Origin: Phoronis australis
Taxonomy: Eukaryota > Animalia > Phoronida
NCBI GenBank assembly: GCA_002633005.1
Contig: NMRA01000555.1
Span: 161,514 to 225,513 of the forward strand
Length of the DNA: 64,000 nt
Direction of reading: 5' to 3'
Shown piece after piece: positions 26,086-39,995 of this stretch. The notes beneath the pieces are model-generated. The model made no database searches. It had not been told where the DNA came from and saw only the letters and a list, made by a program, of their open reading frames with translations. The position numbers and the translations under genes are program-made. Position 1 is the first letter of the stretch; the number at the start of each line of letters is the position of its first letter.

Positions 26086-28550
26086 AAAAAAGGCCAGTGT
26101 CATAAGTGAACGCTCATGCAGGTGTGAGACACGATGGGCCAATAACAAGCCCCTAGAAGTGATTTAAAAGGAGTTTTTAAATTTTCCTCCAAATTTTTAG
26201 GGTTGTCGAAGGTTACGAAGCATTAATTTGAATCAGAAGATGGGTTGGAAAAATAGTTCTTATTATTTGTTAATAGGTCAAAATAGGTATCTTTTGAAAT
26301 AAGATAGAGTCCACACTGCCCCTAAACGTAGCGACAATTCGTTCCAGGAATAACGTGCTCTAGAGTGAGTATGTGTCTGGACGGCACTTTTACAAGGAAA
26401 ATTAAACGGCTAAATTAAACGTCTGTCCAAAAGCTTGTACGGTTCACGCCTGCCAAGTTGATCGGAATTCATGAAGTATGTATGTGCTACATGTATTTTG
26501 TGTCAAATACCCTTATTTTCAGCTTACCACAGAGCTTGTAGTAGAGACCAAGGGTTTATTAAATACTATAACGAAAACTAAACGTATGAAGACGAACAAA
26601 AAATGGTCTTTGCTGACTGACCGCTCCAAGGCCGTGACACGATGTTACAGGTATGCTTAGGCACCGATAGCTTAGAGCCCGTGATTAATTGCAGGGTGAC
26701 ACCTGTTGACAACATTGATGCAACATTGTTTAGCTTCAATCGTAAGGGAAAATGGGCTTCAATGTCCCTTTGCATGAAACAGTCCCAAATAGGGACTCAA
26801 CTAAGCTCCCTAAATCTTTCGCCTACTTTTGTCTTTCTTTACTGACAGGTGTAAATTTTTATGTCAATTCAGCTTTATTGTGAGATCCCGTTTAATTAAT
26901 TGATATTTTCTAGCAATATAACTAAAAACTGAGCCCAGAGTTCATTGAAATAAACAGGGACTCAGTCCTGAAATTATAGGTGTTGCATGAAAAGATCCCT
27001 ACTTATTTTCGATAATATTGACAATTTAACGTAGATTCCACTCTCAAATACTAACAAAGTCAAAAGGTGACTTAGTATCAAACTTAAACAATGCAAGAAA
27101 GGGCAATCGATGTTTTTACATGTCCAAAACTACCTTGGTTGAATCCTAATTGGAACTGTTTCATGCAACCGGGCACAGGTGCTTAATAAATTCTGCTCGT
27201 GGGCGCACGTGCAGGTCTATACCTTTGAAATATTCTTCGCTGTATTCCACGAAACGGAGAATTCGCCTATACAATGTATGGTGCTAAGGCAAAAATACTT
27301 GCATATACACTGAAGGTCACGGTTTTCAATTACTTAGTGACCTTCCACAAAATCATGCTGGCAAAAACAAGAACTTATTTTTACAACAAAAACGTCAGAG
27401 ATAATAGATTTCAAGAATTGTCTGCTAATAATAGGACAATTATTCAATTTTTTGTGCAAACATACATGTAGTCCCAGATCATGCGTCAATTCATCCGTTG
27501 CAAGACCGATTTTCACAGAAGATTGCTAAAAAATTAAGTTGTGTGTGTCGAGAAAATTATGTCAGTTTACATTAAGTACCTTGTGAATAAATACATCGAC
27601 TTATTTTGACACGTCAATCAAGCTACGTACAAGCAATCAAAGTCCGCCATCTTTGTCCCACACAAAAGCGCGCGAATGGTTTTATGATGCGTTTGGAGCT
27701 CTTGCAATTCAGGCCAATGAAATACGACAAACGGGAGAGGAAAGGTGCCTTCAGATGTTAAAAGCATACACGTCTGGATGAACAAAGTGAAATAAATTCG
27801 CATTCATTCCCTCCCATAAATAGTGTTAATTTCACCTACATGTATCTGCCGTGAATAAACAATTCAACAAGGGATACATGTATGGGTGTCCGCGCGTGTC
27901 AATCGTGGTTTTGGTCGACAGCCAAGACATTTCTTAAACCTGACACCGAATCACCAATGGACACTAAAAATTAAAACGCAGCGAAGTGGAGGATTTTGCA
28001 CAATTACTTCACCGCTAGGGTCTCTAGTATCGCAAGCTCCCCACGTATTTGCTTAAAATTAGGTTTGCTTCCCGCTGGTTCCACGCATATTCACGATTGG
28101 TATATGAATGCTACTTGTTGGACATTTGTTTGTTGGATTGACAAAGACTTTATGAAGCTGTTACAGGTCTTTTATGCAATAAAATCCATTTGCTTAATAA
28201 AGGCTAATTCACGGTTGCAACTGGCCGGGTGGACTGGTTCTCCTCCGTGTGTCCGGTATTGGCTGTAAAATAAGAGAAACGTATTTTAAATTTTCGTTGA
28301 GTTTACTAATAATCTTGTGCAAAGCTGTACTTAATTGCTCCAAGACGTTTTCTTGCTCAAGACATCAAAATAACACTGCGCTACAGAAACACAGCTTCAG
28401 AAAGATAATGGTCGTGCAATAAGTGGAGGGCTCCAGACCCCTTTACTTCGCCGCCCATGCTTGGTGGTAACAGTTTCAGACCAATAGGTCCAAAACTCGT
28501 AAAAGTTGATTTTTATTCAACCAAACGCTTATTTGTACAAAAAATAAATA

Positions 28551-28551
<1 letters not shown>

Positions 28552-28602
<51 letters not shown>
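28552..28602. repeat. (CA)n microsatellite
   Basis: About 25 perfect CA units. Confidence 0.98.
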
Positions 28603-28605
<3 letters not shown>

Positions 28606-29638
28606 CTCCCAGTTTAACATAATAATACGTAAGACATCAGCCAGCTGCGCCTGCAAGTGAAACTTAAGCACGCTTTACGTCAGTGATACACCCACTGATG
28701 TAAGGATGTGTCATTCAGGAAATAATTTAGCTCCACGCGAAATACTGAAACCGGCCGTGCGCTGAAACAAGAGTTATCTCCAGAGAGGTTACGTAAGGTT
28801 GTCCTCAAATGGTTCGCCTCCGGCCAGAGTTAATTTTTTTAAATTGTCGCACCATAGTGAAATTCACTATGCCGCTAGATCTACTGACTTAAACATCCCA
28901 TGTGAGGCAGACGGTGGTTTCAGTCTACTTGTATAAACAGCGTTTCAACACCTTTCCTGCTGTCATAAGGACGGCAAATTTTCACTAATGTGCGGTGGGT
29001 TGTACTAGAGGCGCACGGGAGAAGACAAAGCTCTTGAAATTGTCCATGGACGAAGAACATTATGCCCCATGCATTTCCTACTGTGAAAATGAATACGCAT
29101 CTACATATTAGGCTGCGACTGATAAAGTGGGAATAGTTCGATACCACCCGATGTCAAGAAGCTAAAATCTATTAGCCAACTCAACCTAATCAAACAATGG
29201 GAAGGATTGGCAGTGGGATTTAATCCTCTGTTCTTAAATTAAGAAGCCACTATGTTCCATATACCAGTGATATTCTGTCCACCGAATCTGGGTCGGGATC
29301 AACCGGAAGTTGCTTTCTTGCTCCCATTACTGTGGAGAGCGCCAATATGAAAAGTCTGCTATTACAAGGATACCAGATTCATGTTATTATTTGCGAGCCA
29401 TGAGTATTTGGAAGACTCGGATTTAAAGCTAGCCCAAGATGAAATTGTTAATTTCTGGGTCAAAAACGATTTGTGGCTATTTGTTTACCATAAAGACACA
29501 TTCACCAAACAGTAACACAAAAGTATGGTAGAAACAATGTTTCAGTGAAGTCAGGCAATGTTGGGATTTGTAACATGAGCTAATCAAACTCAGAGAGGAC
29601 GTCCGTACTCAGCATACTGCTGAAAACTGGGTAAAGTT

Positions 29639-30644
29639 CAGCCTCGTCCCAATGACTTACGATGGCCCTGATCGATTTGAGGCTTGGTTATAAAATATCC
29701 CTTCGATCTGCGCGCTGATTGGCAGTAAACCGCTGACAGAACGACACAAGAAACCTTCAAGTACTTGCATCTCTGAATACTTCAAAGCCAGTCCTAATTG
29801 AAGATTATTGTCCATACTTCTTCGATGTGATAAATTTGATTGTTTTTTCCCAGAAACTAAACAAGATCCAAACGCCGCAAACTATTTTAACCGGCGTTGA
29901 GTGAGGTTGCTACCATTCGCGATTCGGAAGCAAAAGAAACCGTTTTCGTTATTGTTTGAAATAAAAAGTGCTCGCGTACTTATTGTCTATTTTGTTTTAT
30001 CGACAGCTCCGTAGAATTACTATACATCCAGAGGTAAGATATTGTGCGTGAGACAGTCGTAAGAGAACCTCTAACGATGGGCTCAACCCATAGCATAAGC
30101 TCTTATCAGGCGATCGCTTTTGGAACATTGTCTGACTTCTAAAATTCCTTTCCCCAGAGCAATACACGCACTATGAAACTGGTCACATCAAAATAGTGTA
30201 ACTTCATTATTCGTGGGCTAATGTTTCTGCTTCAAAACCGAAATTTAAAGGTTTTCCGAGTATTTAAGACCGCTTTGCTCAGACTTTTAAACAGGGAAAA
30301 GCAAAAACAATCTGGAAACAATATTTCAGTAGAGCAAGGCAGCTGTGTGGTTTGTAACCGGAGTCGACAATTTCAACACGCTCAGCATGATATCCTCTCG
30401 ACTAGCACTGGGGATTACTGTGGAAAGTTTTAATGTGCACCGTGAGATCAAAGGGAACCTCGCTCATTTTGAAATTTAGCATTGTTCTACGGCAAATTTC
30501 AGAGGTCATATAACTGAATATCACTCGTGATATTTCGGCAACTTCTGTAAAAATGTGTCAGAATTCTGACTAGTAAATTTTTCCAAACCAAGCCTCAAAT
30601 GGCTAAGACGATATGCGCCATCTTGTGGCTTGAGCACGAGGCTG
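29639..30644. mobile_element. Non-autonomous AcademH-like DNA transposon, about 1 kb, perfect 9-bp TSD
   Basis: TIRs CAGCCTCGTCCCAA / TTGAGCACGAGGCTG. GGTAAAGTT lies at 29630-29638 and 30645-30653. YAGCCTCGT termini with 9-10-bp TSDs are characteristic of AcademH. Confidence 0.75.
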
Positions 30645-33228
30645 GGTAAAGTTCAGATGTGCGCAAAATCAAAGAAACCAGGGCGGCCACGTCCAGTGGG
30701 TGGGTTTTCAATATTCACAATATTCGCCTAATGCAATATCAATTTGTGGTTTTATTTTGATCACGAACAAACACTGGAATCACGCTTAGCTCTAGAAGAA
30801 ATTCAACGTGAATTCAACGTATATGTACATCTACTCAGCCAGCGTGTGCACCTCCAGGGAATTAGTTCGAACATGAATGTTTTAGTTGTTTAGTAGAAGT
30901 TCTAAAACCTAGAATAAGCTTAGAAATGCCTGAACAAGACTTGATGACATGTCATTTATCACATTACGCTAACTGACATGAAACTGTCACTGTGTTGGCT
31001 AATTTGTATTCACGCTAGGAAACTTAACACAAAGTGACTTCTGTGTCAATTTACTTCCGTACCAATTTACTTCCGTGTTTTCCTTTGTAATGCCTGTTGA
31101 GGACGAAGTCACAAACGCTTGTCACGTGCTAGATTGAAATTACATTGAAAACTTCATCCTTGGTCTTGACTTACTCGTTTATTATCGCAACCTCACATTA
31201 TTCCTTGGAGTTGTTTCATGCATGTAAATGGGCATGTCCGAATTTTAACTTAGCACCAATTTACTACTAACATGTAAAATATCATGTGTGCCTTTTGTTG
31301 TAGACCCTGATTTCAAAGAAACTGGACAAACGATCACAATATATACATGTGGGAAATCCTGATAATTTAGTGTACATGTGTGTTTCATGAGTGTTTATTT
31401 ACGATGAAAAAACACTGTTTTGAGAAATAAAAAATAGTCAAAAACAAGAATGAAAAATTCACAATTTTTGCGGCAATGCAACCACACGCTTTTGCAAAAA
31501 TGGATCTATGCCTTAAGACTGCGTAGGGCCCTTTTTATTGGATAACGTTAACATAACGGTTGAAGTGGTTGAACGTGAGTTTGAAACGTTTCGTACCTTT
31601 CTATAGCAATGCGATCTAGTGGTCTCGAAAAGTTCAAATAAAAGGTTCCTTCTAGCTCACGTCCTAAATTGATAACAGGAAAACAAATGAATTAAACATT
31701 TTCAAGTCATGATAAAAATGATTTCCATCCCAAAAACATCATTCAGCGAGTCAGCAAGTAAAAATGACTAACAAAGTATCGTCACTTATCACCGGGTTAA
31801 CAACCAAAAGTGAGTCAATCCAACATCTAATCCGTAATTACCTTTTGGTGGTATAAATCAATTGCTATGACGGAAAAAGATGAATTGAGATCTTTCGCGA
31901 ATTCAATGCATAGGTTATAGTTCAAACTCAAGCCATCTTTCTGAAATATTGAACTACCTTGAACCACTCGTTTTGTTACCCTGATTTTCACGACTGTGTT
32001 CTTTTTAAAACCTGTTAATATCACAGTAGGATAAAAATTCCTAAGATACATGTATGTACCTAATATTGAACACATACATCCGGGAATTATGCTTATTTAC
32101 TCAAATTCTTAAAGGTATGGGAGTTAAACCAAGGCACAGGTTTTCTTCTTGTAACAGTTCATTGACAAAAAAATGTCTTAGTATACTTTGGCTGCAGATT
32201 GTTGTGTAGACAACTAGCATGGAATAAACGACTAGTAGAGTTTTTTACCAGTTTGGGTTGCGTTCTATCTAATTGGCGAAACAAAGTCCTGTCCGCGACA
32301 TTAGACTTGAAAGCTATTGTCTGTATCACATAACCATAGACAGCAAGAATAAAACTGAGGTCATAAAAAATAAAGATCAATGAAATCTATTCGTATCTTC
32401 GACCTGCTTCATCCATCACATCAATTAAAAATATTAAATTATTACTCATTACTATTTGATATCGTCTTGGGACGTATTTTGTTGGCAAGTTGCGAAATTG
32501 ATCTCTTGTTACCGTTTAGCTATCGTTCATTCGGAAGTAGAAAATCAAGACATGAGGTGAAATTGCTACCGCTTCAAGGTTTGTAATCTTCAACTTTATT
32601 ACTTGATGATGAAGATTAAAACTGGTATAAAAAAGCAAAATTAGGTCACTCATTTAAATTATAAAATTTGCCTCGACTTGTTTCTTACTCAGATGAGAAG
32701 TCGTTTCTGTTTTTGTAAAGAATTGACAATTCTTTTATCCTTGATAAGCTACTTTGTAGAGCCAACTTTCAAGCAACAACGAACTGTCAGCAACAATTAG
32801 AGGCCAATTCCATAACGGTACGTGGTTTAATTAAATTGCTTCTTGTGGTGGAATGCCGGTCTGTAGCTGTTTTTAGTAATTGGTTGCAAAGGGAGTTAAC
32901 TCTTTCGCATTCCACCGACTTGATCCGTTATCGAGGAGACAAATTCATAACATTTTCGCGCACAATGGCAAATGAAATTTTATTATGAGCTTGCTGCGAA
33001 GAAATAACGATCTGTCAGTTTCTTCGAAGCACTAAAATCACCATCAATTTGACTAAGGAAGAATTTTAGACCAATTTCATGATGGTAAGTGGTCTAAATC
33101 AGAAGTTGATTTTATGTGATGAACGGTTGGTTTAAAACCTCTTTAAGGGTGCTGAGACGCCACCTTGCGGATAACAAATTGGTTTCTATTGCGGCCAGAT
33201 TTTTTTTAGAATTGGCAGATGAGACGTC

Positions 33229-34377
33229 CAGTCTCGTCCCCAAGTCTCTAGATGACGCTGGTCGATTTAGCCATTTGAGGCTTGGTAAGGAGAAATTTGG
33301 TTGGCAGAAATTTGACACATTTTACGGAAATCGCCGGAGTACCACGAGTGATATTAAAGAGGCCTGGAACGCGATAAACAGACTAAATTGCAATATTGAA
33401 GGAGGTTCTCTGCCACTGAAATAGGTATTTTTAGGAATTGTTCGCAAAGGTTTTTTAATTTCGGTTGATATCAAAGCATTTTCTTTTAGTTTCAAATTTC
33501 AAAAAGCAATCTGCCAACTCCTCGCCACTTTGTCCATTTTTCCCACAACGCAAAGCACGTCTGTTTATTTGGTATAGCAAGACATAGACGTGGCACATTT
33601 CCCGTATATGGAAAATGTGATCTTCGACCTCGGCGACTTTAAGCAACTGGCTGTTAGCGCATGTGCGTATTTATTATAAGTGGGCAGGAGATTATAAACT
33701 CTGTGGTAACCACAGAGTTTTTCTTTCTCACGTATTTCAAAAATCGTGACTTTTGTTATTGTTTCTGGAAATTTATTCACAGAGGAAAGTGAATTGATTG
33801 GTACTAGACGTTGCGAGATGGTAGTTTCGCCAGAGATTGTTTAAAAGATATTTTTGACAAGCTTTCAGGATTCGTGCCTCTTTAAGTTATATCACTTCTA
33901 GGATTTGGTGTACGAAAAACAGAAGAAAATCAAATGAACGGTATTTATGCAACAATTTAGGTTTAGATAATTGAAAAATTGATGTATTTGAATTCAAAGG
34001 CTGGATTGTTTCTATGGTGTCTCAAGAAAGCAGAATAAGTACAGGAGCACCTATAGTAACAAAAACAGTGTTTTCTGCTTCCGAATCACGAATGGTAGCA
34101 GCAACAGCGCCTTTGAAAGTAGTTAAAATTTGCGTTTGGATCTTCCTTAGTTTCTGGGAAAAATTCTCAAATTAACCACATAAAAATTAAGGACAAGAAT
34201 AGTTAAGATTTAGTATTTAAATATTGAGAGATTCAACTGGTTGAAGGTTTTTGTCTCGATCTTGTCAGCGGTGAACGTCGTCTAGGGCCAGTCAGTGCCC
34301 ATAAAGGATTTCTCTTCACCATGAGCCTCAAATAGTTTAACTAATCAGCTCCAACTTGAGGCTTGGATATGAGGGTG
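33229..34377. mobile_element. Second, inverted and more diverged copy of the AcademH-like element
   Basis: 33229-33355 matches the reverse complement of 30520-30644, and 34055-34335 matches the reverse complement of 29670-29955. The flanks atgagacgtc / ataggacgtc look like a decayed 10-bp TSD. Confidence 0.7.
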
Positions 34378-36265
34378 ATAGGACGTCTAGTGGCCACACG
34401 ACAAACCACACTCCGAAAACGAATGTTAGCGAAGACGTCTTATCAGTTGTCTGGCGAGTAATTGACATGACATTAATGTGCACGATTCTGCATTTCCTGC
34501 CTATCACGTGCCATCATCGAGGTAGTAGACCTTTACCAATAATACCGACAATGGAATGTAGGCCACTTAGGTAAGAAGGCAGATCTGACGGTAAAACAAA
34601 TAAGACATCGGACGAGCGTGTGAATCGCGTTTTGAACAGCGGATCAGGTATGCGACCTGCCTTCTGGTCCGGCGACATGTGAACGCTGTATTGGACCATT
34701 AGCGTTTCTAAGTTTCAACTTAGCGTCGTTTAAAGTAGAAGTGTGCTTAAGAACAGCAGGAATAACTCGTTGTTGGATGTCGCAGAATGTGTTATTGTGT
34801 TTTTGGTTCATTTAGTTTAGTCAGTCTATTACATCACTTACTGTTGTTGTTTACTACCACTTTCTTCGCATGCAGAAGATGAGTAATACTTCCTATTCCC
34901 AGAACTGTTTATTTATCAGCATAGAGCATCCTTTAATTGTTCATTGATTTCATTGGTAAATTCGTGTTTCTCAGGTCTCTATATATACCACTTTCACTAT
35001 ATTTTAAGTAATATCAGTAGCTTCAGTAGTATGAGTTGATTAGTAGTTTGTTCTCCGCATTGAGAGTTGTTCTCATCGTTCGTTGACAGTCTTCAATATA
35101 CTAGTCAAGATTCATCTCTTGTGTTTCTTGCCTATACGAACCACCTCGTACACAGCCAAACCGCATTTTCCCGTGTACTCCCCGCATTGTTTGAGACCAA
35201 GTAGAACATGTGGATCACGACGGAAAGGTTTTTCCCAGGTCATAACCATCGATTAACTCTCAAGTCGCTAGCCACGCTTGTCGATTTAACACATTTTGCA
35301 AGGAATTTTCGAACATTTGACGAGGGCTGTAGAACATTCTTTGTTGCAAAGAATCAAGCAGTCTAATGGATGTTTATAGGCTGGAAAATAGTTCAGTGTA
35401 TTTTTAAGCTGCGACGGTAGGCCTACTAACTGTTTTAACTTTTAATCGGGATATCCTTAGAATACCTTTAGTTTTGCTAAGCACTCGAAGTCCTATAATT
35501 CCACGCACTTACGACTCCATGTGCCATCTTTAAAAGGGTCAACAGTAGTAATGATGGATGAGGAATCTAAACGGATGACAAATTATTTGAGCTTACAGGC
35601 TGAAGATTGGTATAGACGAGAGCGTACATGCAAACAAATATCAATAGATAAAGGCACCATTTAAAATGTCACTGATTTAGTTCAAGGGGAAAGGCTTGAC
35701 GTTTGAAAGTGGAGGCATTTCTATTATCTCTCAGAGTGTTTAAAAGAGTCTTCCTTAGACCAAAAACAGAACCGTTTTTATCACGAGCTATGAGCATAAG
35801 TTTGGCTGCTGGAAAATGTTGACAATATTTCCGCTGCCGGGAAAAGTGAACGGTAACTACACACAAGCGAGCTGATAACTTCGACACGCTCCTCGCACAG
35901 GCGGATTTAGGAGGATCGGAATACACTGCTGATAGGCCATGTAAACTCAGTTCAGTGACCTACAGTACATGTTCTTGTCCAGGCTCACAAACAGGGCACA
36001 CGGACTCCATGTCCATGTACTGCGTTGGGCGGTCAGTAAACTATGTTTGTGAGTGTGGAGCATCCGAAGCACCTTGTACCCATAAGGTATCCCTCGGATG
36101 TGTTTCGTTTTAGCGCATGTGTAAATTTCAGTCATTGCGGAAGTGATGTGACTCTCAAAATGGAGAATGCCTTCGAATGAAAATACATGTCCCTGTGATA
36201 CCAGGCTTAAACATGAGTCAAAACTATTGTTTAAGCCTGGTATCACCGTCAAAACAGGTCATCAG

Positions 36266-36390
36266 CAGTGGCAGATTTAGAGGGGGGCCAACTGGGCCAT
36301 GGCAGTTCGGAGCTGCAAATGTATGATGGGCACAATCCTGGCTAATACTTTGCCCTGGCCCCTTTACTTAAAATCCTGGATCCGCCCCTG
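36266..36390. mobile_element. MITE family A copy
   Basis: CAGTGGCAGATTTAG...GGATCCGCCCCTG termini. No clear TSD at this copy. Confidence 0.75.
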
Positions 36391-37095
36391 GAGGCAGATT
36401 ATTGTGAATGACTGTGTTGCACAATTTTGAGATCTTGTTGATGGATGACGCCACGATTTTAGTCGTTTGGTTACCAAATCTAGCTGTTTGTCGTTGATTG
36501 AATTTCGCACGTGAGCAGATGTGAAACACTTCCGCGTGACAATTTGAGCGTATGAAAATACCCGAGATGTTGCGGATGAGTCTGGAGTTGCGTTTTGGGT
36601 TGAGACTAAATGGCTCATAATTTTCTGGCTCATAAAATAGAAGTCGCGTAACTCACTAGTGACGGCTGGTTCCCTCTTCACAATAATTCTCTTTTAATTA
36701 CAAGTTCATGTCCACCGTGTAATGGCAACGTGGAATAATTTCGATTTCGAATTCAACTATTATACTCTGGACCCAGGTAGCCAAATTGTTTCAGGCTTAG
36801 AGATACACTGAAAGTTTATTAAAAAGTGTTGCTCTACAAAACAGATGAATTAGTTATTTGATGGTAAACTGCGCTATTCGATATCTTTTTTACTTTCCAT
36901 TAAATCTGGGAGATTTTATGCGCGAATAGTTTTGTAGGTACTTGCCTAAATGCCCATGCGTGAGACTTTAAGGTCCCACACAACCTTTACAGGAAAGATG
37001 CAGTAGAATGTTTGTAGTTGAATGCAACAATCGCATAAAGTGACAGTTCCTCATTGCCTTTGAGCAGCATCTGGAATGATTTTCACTCGTTTCAG

Positions 37096-37238
37096 ACTTG
37101 GTCGGCATTGTTGGCAACATCCTCGTGTTACTCGCCATCTTCTTCGATGTCCAGATGAGAAAAAGTGTGACCAACTGGCTATTGGCGAACCTGGCGGTGG
37201 CTGATTTAACTTACTTACTGTCTGGACTACCCGACAAT
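37096..37238 (+). CDS. GPCR exon 2 (TM1-TM2)
   Basis: Acceptor gtttcag and donor gtaagt, phase 1/0. Translates (D)LVGIVGNILVLLAIFFDVQMRKSVTNWLLANLAVADLTYLLSGLPDN, with the GN (TM1) and LAxAD (TM2) motifs. Confidence 0.95.
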
Positions 37239-38562
37239 GTAAGTACTATTGATACCTTGGTTACACTGCACTATAATCAAGTGCAAATTGTTCTCGATTT
37301 CTCACCTGTTCTCTCCTTTGCGTTTACTCTGTGATTTACTTAATGGACAAGTTGATCTGGACCAATCCGGATTACCCTCTGGAATGGTGCAAACTTTTAC
37401 CGAATTACATTTGGGAGATAAATGTTCCGGAACAACTCAGTTTGCGTGGAAGTCGCCTGCGCCTGAAATACATTGCATTTCAATTATACACGTATGTTAA
37501 AGTAAGCAGCTTCAATGTAAACGTTTTCGGAAACTCAATGGGCTGCTTGTAAACGGAAAATGCGTTAAAATACAGGACGCGGTGAGTGTTCGCCTATAGT
37601 TACACCTACGTGTACATGTATGTTCCAATACAACATTGCGGTTGCAAATCTGAACAACTGACTGGTTGACGCTGGCCGACACTGTTCATTTTGGAAAGGC
37701 ATAAGAAGTTATAGTTGTGGCTTCAAAAGTATATGTACCCCCATGGGTTTGTATTCGATTTTTCCCTATATAGGTCCATGGGCGTGAACTTGGAACAGGG
37801 GTCTGTTTGCTGAAAATTCCTAAAAGTAGAACTGTATATGCAACAGATTTACAAGCCTGAGCCTATATCCGAAACAATGCGTTTTTGAAAGAATTTTAAA
37901 TTTTGGGGCAAAACATGCGCTTAGGGTCCTCTTACTTGTACATGTGTAGACGCAGGCACCTACCAACCCACTATCTCTTATGGAAAGGGCCACGTTCCCG
38001 CCCTCGTAATTGCCGCAGTGCTTTTGTATTCATTCGTGTCCTACTGTGAGAGTGTATTTTGTATATTTCTTGTGCTTTTTATTTACTGTCGTGCAATGTT
38101 AAATTTAATTTACGTCAAAGTCTACCGGCACCATTTGTGTAATTCATTTACACATGACGTTGCTCCATGATTTCCCTCTATTTGGGATGTAGGCTCAGGT
38201 TCACACGTTATCTCATTACCAATAAATAGCACGCGCAAGTACGAACACTGACGTATTAAAATTAGAGAATGCGACAAGTATTAGTATATGATACAGCTAA
38301 TAGCTCTTTGATACAGAACCATGCATTTTTGCGCTTAATTCATTTATGGGAGCGTCATTTGGTGTCAAAGAAATTTATACCCAATTTTTTAACGAACGTA
38401 CATGTAAGTGGTGAGGCGTTATCAGCTAAGACTAACCTTTCGTGATCTCAGTACTAGAGAGAATCTTCCACTTCTGTCAGCGAAACAAAATTTCCAAAGT
38501 CTGTCTCAAACAAATAGCTACCATAACCCTCGCATTGTTTTCATCAGTTTATAACTCAGAAT

Positions 38563-38721
38563 CAGTGGCGAATTTACAGGGGGACCAAGGGGGTCATGCC
38601 CCCCTCCCCCTAAAGCTCTCTCCGATTCCATTTGGCAGTTCGGGGGTGTGGAAGCCTGACGTGCAAAATCCTGGCTAATACTCCTCCCTGCCCCCCTCNA
38701 AAAATCCTGGATCCGCCCCTG
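38563..38721. mobile_element. MITE family A copy with 5-bp TSD AGAAT
   Basis: CAGTGGCGAATTTAC...GGATCCGCCCCTG, with AGAAT at 38558-38562 and 38722-38726. Confidence 0.8.
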
Positions 38722-39934
38722 AGAATGATCTATTTTAAGAGCCAAAAGAGTACAATTAATTGAATTTATAATCAATATCTTTCAATCCATGCTCACACTA
38801 TGAGTTAGCCTAGAATAAGTTGCAAGAGCACTTGTCTCCGTTCAGTCGAGCGTCCACACCGCGAGCCCTACATCTTCCTACAAATATGGCGCAAACAAGA
38901 CTAGTTCCCTGCACATCTGCAACAAAGCAAGAGTGTAGCTGCTAATTCCTAAAAGTGACAGGGAGATATTTAAAACTGGCGATATGTAAATTAATGAATC
39001 ATGGCGTAGCAAATAATTTAATGGTGCATTTCTCCCTATTTAGCTGACTGAAACGAAAATCGAGAAAGGCGCCGCCACAGAAGGAAGTGAGCTTATCGCT
39101 ATTCATGGGCTTAGCCGAATGTGTATTGGACGAGATAATTGCGGTCGTAAACCAACGCGCCTATTTAGCGTCCGCGTTTCAAAATCAAAAACGAACAATA
39201 AGTAATGCAAATGACCAACATGTCTGTTTTTAAAATTGAAAAAATAAATAATAGCCTTTCTCGAAAAATTAAAATTAATTCTGTAAGAGAAATTAGCGAA
39301 TAGGTTTTCTTTTGCAGCGCGGCTAAGCCATGATCATCAATCTGTGATTCGATTAGTTCGCGTCAGTCAGAGTCTGGATTAAGCTTTCTTAGATGTTGCG
39401 GTAACAAAACCCCAAATTTTAGCGTAGGAGTTACTTCATGGAGGCGTAACTTGATTCTTTCTCTCCGGGAGCCGGATGTCCAAGCCGAAGGTAAATATCA
39501 TTTGGAAACGAATATGTTTAACAAGTCGTCTTTTTTGTAAAAATGGGAGCGTGATATCATCAGGGCTTTCAGTGGACGGCTATTTCAAAGGTTTAACCAT
39601 TCTTTTATTTGAATACCTTATGCAATGTGTATGCAAAGGATGTTTTGTTTTGTTGACCGCTCTTTCAAAAATACCAAGCATCTATTCTTTTTGTTTGTTC
39701 TATTTTTTCATACAAGAAAAAGGTGTGGTCAATACACTATCGAGCTCAACCCCATTGAATGTTTAAAAATCATGTTTGTGGTTATTAGGCTATGGATAGG
39801 AGGATGTGCCACAGCAATTTAAGCTTAGAAAAACATATACGTTTATGGAATGATTTATCTTAATTAGATTCCATTAACAGAACATTAAATGGACATTATC
39901 GGCGAGAAAAGTGATTTTCTGAGAACAATCCTTA

Positions 39935-39995
39935 CGTGGATGCGAACCAGGAAACCTCGCTCTCGTCACTAAGCGCTTTACCGAAGAACTAAATC
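39935..39995 (-). mobile_element. Degenerate tRNA-like (SINE head) relic
   Basis: The minus strand reads tagttcttcggtaaagcgc (A-box-like) ... ggttcgcatcc (B-box-like) at tRNA spacing. No intact cloverleaf. Confidence 0.4.

Noticed and set aside
39935-39995. Functional tRNA gene (also 54468-54520)
   Set aside because: The A and B boxes are degenerate and the stems do not pair, so these are treated as SINE-like relics.
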